Source: Promethearchaeia archaeon
Lineage (GTDB): Archaea > Asgardarchaeota > Lokiarchaeia > Sigyniarchaeales > SOKP01
NCBI GenBank assembly: GCA_029856045.1
Contig: JAHQWG010000025.1
Location: forward strand, 94,904-158,903
DNA: 64,000 nucleotides
Direction of reading: 5' to 3'
Shown here: positions 58,640 to 64,000 of the stretch, piece by piece
Numbering within the stretch: position 1 is the stretch's first letter
Layout of the letters: each line of letters begins with the position of its first letter
The notes under the pieces: generated by a model
What the model saw: the letters and a program-made list of their open reading frames with translations, nothing else
What the model was told of the DNA's origin: nothing
Databases searched by the model: none
Translations under genes and position numbers: made by a program

Positions 58640-59719
58640 TCATAATAGAAATACTGGTTCTTTATCATCTGGAATTTCTTTAAAGAACATTCCAATACCT
58701 AAAATTTTAAATGTGTCTTGAACATTAATATTTTCTTTAGCAGACGTCTCTATAAAGGAGATTTTCAATTCATTAGCCTTATTTCTCCCCTCCTCAGTAG
58801 AGACTTGTCTTTCATCCTCCAAATCAATTTTATTTCCAATCAAAACAAAGGGTACATCTTTAAGATTTTTTTTTGCATCTTCATACCATTTATCGATATT
58901 ATCGAAAGTTTCTTTTCTAGAAACATCATAAACAATAAACACGGCTTGAGCATTAGTATAATATATGTGTCTGATTCGATTGAAAAATTCTTGACCTGCT
59001 AAATCATAAATTATAAATCGAATTAAGGAGTCTTTAAATCCTTGAATATAATATCTCGAAATGGTTATTGATATCCCTAATGTTGGTCTATAATCAGCTG
59101 AATATTGCTTTTTTACGAATTGAGTTACAAGAGTTGTTTTACCAACTTGGGAATCACCGAGAATAATGAGTTTGAAAAATTTTTCCTTCTTTTGTCTTTC
59201 AATCACTAGTTCATTATTACCTGTTTTTTCAGCCGTTTTTAATATTTCTTCATCAAGATACGCCCCCACTTCGAATTTTGGAATTGTAAGAGTATTAAAT
59301 TTCATATCAAATTTACCTTCTAATATTTGGGCAATTTTTTCAACGATTAAATAACAATATGGTAAAATCGAATTTATTTCCAAATCATAGGAAGTAGTAA
59401 TGAGAACAATCGCTTCTGGACCCGCTTCTAAAAAAATTAAATGAAAATCTTTTAGCTCAAATGTTATTAGACCCAACTCTCCAATATCATATTTATCATT
59501 TATCTTCTTTAACAATGGCTCAACCGTACCAGTAAATGCACCATATACTTCTTCTCTTTCCCTCTCATCCAATCCATCCCTTGGTGTCTCAACTAGAGCA
59601 TTTTTACAAATTAAAAAACCTTGACGATCATAAATCATCACGGCTTCTACTTTATCAATCGCTTTAATAAAATTTTTCATTAATTCTAAGAGCAACTTAT
59701 CTTTCGGCATTACCTTCAT
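58640..59719 (-). CDS. Roadblock/LC7-like domain + Rab-like small GTPase
   Basis: N-terminal VEAVMIYDRQGFLI; G1 GDSQVGKT, YRPTLG, DLAGQ, GNKID, ETSAK. Confidence 0.88.
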   Translation of the reverse strand: MKVMPKDKLLLELMKNFIKAIDKVEAVMIYDRQGFLICKNALVETPRDGLDEREREEVYGAFTGTVEPLLKKINDKYDIGELGLITFELKDFHLIFLEAGPEAIVLITTSYDLEINSILPYCYLIVEKIAQILEGKFDMKFNTLTIPKFEVGAYLDEEILKTAEKTGNNELVIERQKKEKFFKLIILGDSQVGKTTLVTQFVKKQYSADYRPTLGISITISRYYIQGFKDSLIRFIIYDLAGQEFFNRIRHIYYTNAQAVFIVYDVSRKETFDNIDKWYEDAKKNLKDVPFVLIGNKIDLEDERQVSTEEGRNKANELKISFIETSAKENINVQDTFKILGIGMFFKEIPDDKEPVFLL

Positions 59720-59951
59720 AAGTTTTTTCCCTAATACATTTATATAACTTGATTTAATTTGGAATATTCTTAATTGGAATTAAAATTTCGAATATTTTTT
59801 TTTAACTATTGTCCTTTTGTATATAACATCTAAATTATCCAATAAAAAATTTTATTATAAAAAAATCCAAAATTTTTAAGATTTAGAATATTTATTAGAT
59901 TCAAGTTAAAAAAAATCATATCCTCAAGAAATAGAGTAAAATTGATTAATA

Positions 59952-60638
59952 ATGAGTGAAAGTTCAGAAATAATTAAAAATTATTTAAGCCAAGGTAAGA
60001 AGGTACTAACGGAATTTGAATCTAAGGAACTATTGGAAAAAATTGGAATACCAATTACAAAACAAAAATTAACTTCTGATAAGAGCGATGCTGTGAGGTT
60101 TGCCAATGAAATAGGTTATCCTGTTGTCATGAAACTCATGGCAGATGATGTTGTTCATAAGTCTGACGCTGGAGCAGTGAAACTAAATCTTCAAAATAAA
60201 GATGAGATCGAAAAAAGTTATGATGAATTAATGAGTATCCCATCAAAATCAGAAAAAAAAATTAATATACAAAAAATGGCTGATGAACCGATTACTGAAA
60301 TAATTATTGGTATGACAACAGATCCGCAATTTGGTCCAGCTCTGATGTTTGGAATAGGAGGTATTTTAGTAGAATTACTGGAAGATGTCTCATTTAGAAT
60401 TGCACCAATTGAAAAATTTGACGCAAATGAGATGATTCATGAAATAAAAGGATTTCCTTTGCTAGATGGATTCAGAGGTAAGCCAAAAGCCGACATAGAC
60501 GCGATTATTGATGCTCTATTGAAAGTATCTAATTTAGTTATTCAAAACCCCGAGATTTATGAGATGGATCTTAATCCGATTTTTATCTATCATTCTGGAT
60601 TAATTTGCGTAGATGCCCGAATTATTCTAAAAGATTAA
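59952..60638 (+). CDS. ADP-forming acyl/acetate-CoA ligase beta subunit (ATP-grasp)
   Basis: LTEFESKELL, GYPVVMK, HKSDAG, DPQFGP, DLNP, VDARI. Confidence 0.92.
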   Translation: MSESSEIIKNYLSQGKKVLTEFESKELLEKIGIPITKQKLTSDKSDAVRFANEIGYPVVMKLMADDVVHKSDAGAVKLNLQNKDEIEKSYDELMSIPSKSEKKINIQKMADEPITEIIIGMTTDPQFGPALMFGIGGILVELLEDVSFRIAPIEKFDANEMIHEIKGFPLLDGFRGKPKADIDAIIDALLKVSNLVIQNPEIYEMDLNPIFIYHSGLICVDARIILKD

Positions 60639-60974
60639 AATTAATATCTTTCCCTTATTTTAATTCTCAATATTTTTCCCAAATTTCTTTTAAGAAACAA
60701 AATAAATCATTTTGAAAATTAGTGTAAAAAATTCGATTCTTAAACTTTTTTTCTATCAATATTAAATTCTGTAATAAAGCACTTATCTACAGAAATAGAA
60801 ACTCATATTTAAGAGAGAAAAATAAATTTATCAAATCACTTATAAGAAATAATTATTATTTAATATTTACAAAATAAAACTAAATTAATATAAACCAATA
60901 ATTTTATTTTATTTGTATATAAGAATATATAACAAATCCCCTTTAATATCGGAAAAAAGTAGCTTTCTTTGATT

Positions 60975-63900
60975 ATGAATAAGAAAAAATGTAGAATTAT
61001 TATTCTTACTGTTATTCTTATTGGGATGATTGCATTCATTCCAAGTCTTTTATCAAATATCATAAATATCAATAACAATTCTAAAATTGATGATACTCTA
61101 ATTGATAATGATATAAAAACTAAAACTCCAACTTTATCAAAATATATTTCTACATATAATGGTTCTGGAGGGGTTTTTAATGTCACTTTACACCAATCTT
61201 TAGTAAATTATACCAAAATAGAAATAACAAATACATCTGATACAGACAATATTACTTTTTATGAAAAATGCCCTACAGATACAAATTTTAACACATCTTT
61301 TATTAATATCACAATTGAAGATATTTACGCTCCGGATAAAAATTTAATTGTGGAAGATACTCCAGAGAATAGTATATATTTAAGCAATATTGCATTTCTT
61401 ACCTCATTTAACGTATCAGGGAGTGGATTTCTAGAGAACTTCAGTTTATATTTATCAGAAATTGAGGCGGGAAATGGACTCTTAAATATTTCTTTATTCA
61501 ATTCAACATGGGATTCGGTAAATTCTCGTCCTCAACCTAATGAAAAATTGAAATTATTAGTAAATCAATTATTTATAAACGAATTTACAGGTTGGTATAA
61601 TTTCACAAGTATTGATTATTTCTTAGATTCTACAAATACTGAAAATAATACATTTTTCATTTCATGTATAGATCCAAATCAATGCACGCAATGGTTTTCT
61701 GAAGACAAAAGTGATGGATTTGATACATATGCTTATAGAGGCGAACCCCCTAGTAGTACCTATCAATCAACAAGGGATTTTACACTTAAATTGTATTTAA
61801 CACCATTGAATAATACTCCAAATCCTGAAGATATTGGTCTTAAAATTAATAATACTTATGCCAAAGGTTATTCAAATTTAAATGGATCTGGTTATTGGAA
61901 TCCTATTGGGGAATATTCAAGTAGTACGGGTAATTTAAAATTCAATATTTCAGCAGAATGGTGGGATGTTTCATGTAATATAAAAAAAGCCCAATTGAAT
62001 TATACGAAAACTAATATAACAGCCAATTCGGAGTTTATTATTTCCGAGAATAATGCTGATGTTTTTTGGAATGCAACAATAAATAAATTAGATAATGAAA
62101 TAGATGAGTTTGAAACTGGATTTGAAAATAAGTATGCGAATTTTACGATTCCATCTTCGTGGTATTTAGATCAGGTTTTTATGGGAGGGACTGAAAAGAC
62201 AAATACAACTTGGAATCGTGGAGATGGATGGCAAATTGTAAAAGCCCTCGATGGAGAGAATGGAAAGTTTTGGGGATTAAATGCAAGTTCATCCAATTTG
62301 ATATATTCAATAGAGATGCATATAGGAGGTGTTCCTAAAACTATTATTTATAGTTCCGATATTGTAAACTTTAATGCGAATTTCACTGAAGAAATTGAGA
62401 GCGGAAATATCAATTTAACTGTTTATAGTCCATTATCAATAAGTAATTTTATGAATCATACTTATTTGAATGATACTTTTTCAGTAGGTCCAGCGAAAAT
62501 AGTTAATTTAAGTGATTGGAAGGTATCAGATAACGTCACGGCTTATGGAGTCTTTCGAGTAAGAACTTTTTGGAATAATGGTACTGCTGCAGGATTTCAT
62601 AAAGCAAATCTAACGATCTTGGGCAATACGGATTTAGAATTAATTGAACCAAATCAGGATGATACGTTTTATACCAATCAAATTTTCAATATCACCTTAT
62701 ATTTTAATGATACAAATACAATTACACCAATAGATAGCGCAACTATTTATTATAACATTCCTGGTCAGGGTTGGCAATCCACAACCCAGAATAATGGAAC
62801 GGCAGGTTATTATAATATAACAATAGATTGCAGCCAGTTTAATCACGATGATTACGGACCAAAAACTGTGCAAATCACCGCAAATAAGACATATTATGAG
62901 AACCAAACCCTTGACTACAATTTTAACGTGATATGCTTAACAAGTTTAGATTTAATGGAACCCAATCAGGATGAAACTTTCTATACCAATCAGATATTTA
63001 ACATCACAATTTATTTTGAGGATATAAATAAAAATGCTGCAATTGATAGTGCAACTATTTATTATAATATTGATGGTCAGGGCTGGCAATCTACAACCCA
63101 GAATAATGGAACAGCAGGTTATTATAATATAACAACAGATTGCAGCCAGTTTAATCACGATGATTACGGACCAAAAACCGTGCAAATCACCGCAAATAAG
63201 ACATATTATGAGAACCAAACCCTTGACTACAATTTTAACGTGATATGCTTAACAAGTTTAGATTTAATGGAACCCAATCAGGATGATACTTTCTATACCA
63301 ATCAGATATTTAACATCACAATTTATTTTGAGGATATAAATAAAAATGCTGCAATTGATAGCGCAACTATTTATTATAATATTGATGGACAGGGCTGGCA
63401 ATCTACAACCCAGAATAATGGAACGGCAGGTTATTATAATATAACAACAGATTGCAGCCAGTTTAATCACGATGATTACGGACCAAAAACCGTGCAAATC
63501 ACCGCAAATAAGACATATTATGAGAACCAAACCCTTGACTACAATTTTTATGTATTCTGCTTGACGAGTTTAACGTTAATGGAACCCGTCCAGGATGATA
63601 CTTTCTATACCAATCAACAATTTAATATCACAATTTATTTTGAGGATATAAATAAAAATGCTGCAATTGATAGTGCAACTATTTATTATAATATTGATGG
63701 TCAGGGCTGGCAATCTACAACCCAGAATAATGGAACGGTGGGCTATTACTATATCACCGTAGATTGCAGTGCTTTTGGTCCCAATAGTTATGGACTAAAA
63801 ACCGTGCAAATCACGGCAAACAGGACCTATTACGAGAATCAAACTCTTGACTACAATTTTTATGTATTCTGCCTGACGAGTTTAACGTTAATGGAACCCG

Positions 63901-64000
63901 TCCAGGATGATACTTTCTATACCAATCAACAATTTAATATCACAATTTATTTTGAGGATATAAATAAAAATGCTGCAATTGATAGTGCAACTATTTATTA
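60975..64000 (+). CDS. Large secreted/surface glycoprotein with tandem Ig-like repeats; 3'-truncated by window edge (absent from ORF track)
   Basis: ATG 60975, MNKKKCRIIILTVILIGMIAFIPSLL signal/anchor, many N-x-S/T sequons; repeats lie in the same frame. Confidence 0.88.
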   Translation, partial: MNKKKCRIIILTVILIGMIAFIPSLLSNIININNNSKIDDTLIDNDIKTKTPTLSKYISTYNGSGGVFNVTLHQSLVNYTKIEITNTSDTDNITFYEKCPTDTNFNTSFINITIEDIYAPDKNLIVEDTPENSIYLSNIAFLTSFNVSGSGFLENFSLYLSEIEAGNGLLNISLFNSTWDSVNSRPQPNEKLKLLVNQLFINEFTGWYNFTSIDYFLDSTNTENNTFFISCIDPNQCTQWFSEDKSDGFDTYAYRGEPPSSTYQSTRDFTLKLYLTPLNNTPNPEDIGLKINNTYAKGYSNLNGSGYWNPIGEYSSSTGNLKFNISAEWWDVSCNIKKAQLNYTKTNITANSEFIISENNADVFWNATINKLDNEIDEFETGFENKYANFTIPSSWYLDQVFMGGTEKTNTTWNRGDGWQIVKALDGENGKFWGLNASSSNLIYSIEMHIGGVPKTIIYSSDIVNFNANFTEEIESGNINLTVYSPLSISNFMNHTYLNDTFSVGPAKIVNLSDWKVSDNVTAYGVFRVRTFWNNGTAAGFHKANLTILGNTDLELIEPNQDDTFYTNQIFNITLYFNDTNTITPIDSATIYYNIPGQGWQSTTQNNGTAGYYNITIDCSQFNHDDYGPKTVQITANKTYYENQTLDYNFNVICLTSLDLMEPNQDETFYTNQIFNITIYFEDINKNAAIDSATIYYNIDGQGWQSTTQNNGTAGYYNITTDCSQFNHDDYGPKTVQITANKTYYENQTLDYNFNVICLTSLDLMEPNQDDTFYTNQIFNITIYFEDINKNAAIDSATIYYNIDGQGWQSTTQNNGTAGYYNITTDCSQFNHDDYGPKTVQITANKTYYENQTLDYNFYVFCLTSLTLMEPVQDDTFYTNQQFNITIYFEDINKNAAIDSATIYYNIDGQGWQSTTQNNGTVGYYYITVDCSAFGPNSYGLKTVQITANRTYYENQTLDYNFYVFCLTSLTLMEPVQDDTFYTNQQFNITIYFEDINKNAAIDSATIY
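62625..64000 (+). repeat. 312-bp (104-aa) coding tandem repeat, four full units plus a partial fifth
   Basis: GAACC(A/C)...CAGGATGA anchor at 62646, 62958, 63270, 63582, 63894. Confidence 0.95.

Noticed and set aside
249-59354. Other short ORF-track entries nested in or antisense to long genes (e.g. 562-981, 5056-5403, 53267-53758, 56223-56852)
   Set aside because: Overlap well-supported genes and show no independent motifs
60860-61186. 108-aa minus-strand ORF
   Set aside because: Overlaps the start of the large plus-strand surface protein gene; shadow ORF
62697-63530. Three near-identical Cys/Ile-rich minus-strand ORFs
   Set aside because: Antisense shadows of the 312-bp coding repeats on the plus strand
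62625-64000. Possible CRISPR array or non-coding repeat
   Set aside because: Unit is 312 bp, in frame, without unique spacers; no cas genes seen

Overview
AT-rich, gene-dense chromosomal window that reads as an Asgard archaeon, most likely Lokiarchaeia. This is inferred from four small GTPases (two longin-Arf-like, one Rab-like, one roadblock-Rab-like), an ESCRT-II (Vps22/36, EAP30)-like protein, a JAMM/MPN-TPR protein, a PCI-like protein, expanded beta-oxidation enzymes and a large sequon-rich surface protein. It holds about 50 CDS; I saw no rRNA, tRNA, CRISPR array or transposase. Metabolic genes include three tandem 3-hydroxyacyl-CoA dehydrogenases, a three-gene acetone carboxylase-like operon, nadB, pncC, a prenyltransferase, two CCG-domain Fe-S proteins and two tandem P2A Ca2+-ATPases. 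Main observations: (1) at least six genes appear to start at non-canonical ATA/ATT/ATC codons (one more at CTG) placed 5-7 nt after a GGTGA-type Shine-Dalgarno motif, the spacing also seen for ATG/TTG starts here; (2) a membrane-anchored single-chain protein with two ESCRT-II-like modules; (3) two genes that together supply three membrane-plus-beta-helix modules resembling the poly-L-lysine synthetase C-terminus, with no A-T domains; (4) a one-gene cassette bracketed by a duplicated pncC 3' end; (5) an unannotated ORF from 60975 to the window end with 312-bp tandem repeats. All family calls come from motif recognition by eye, not database searches.
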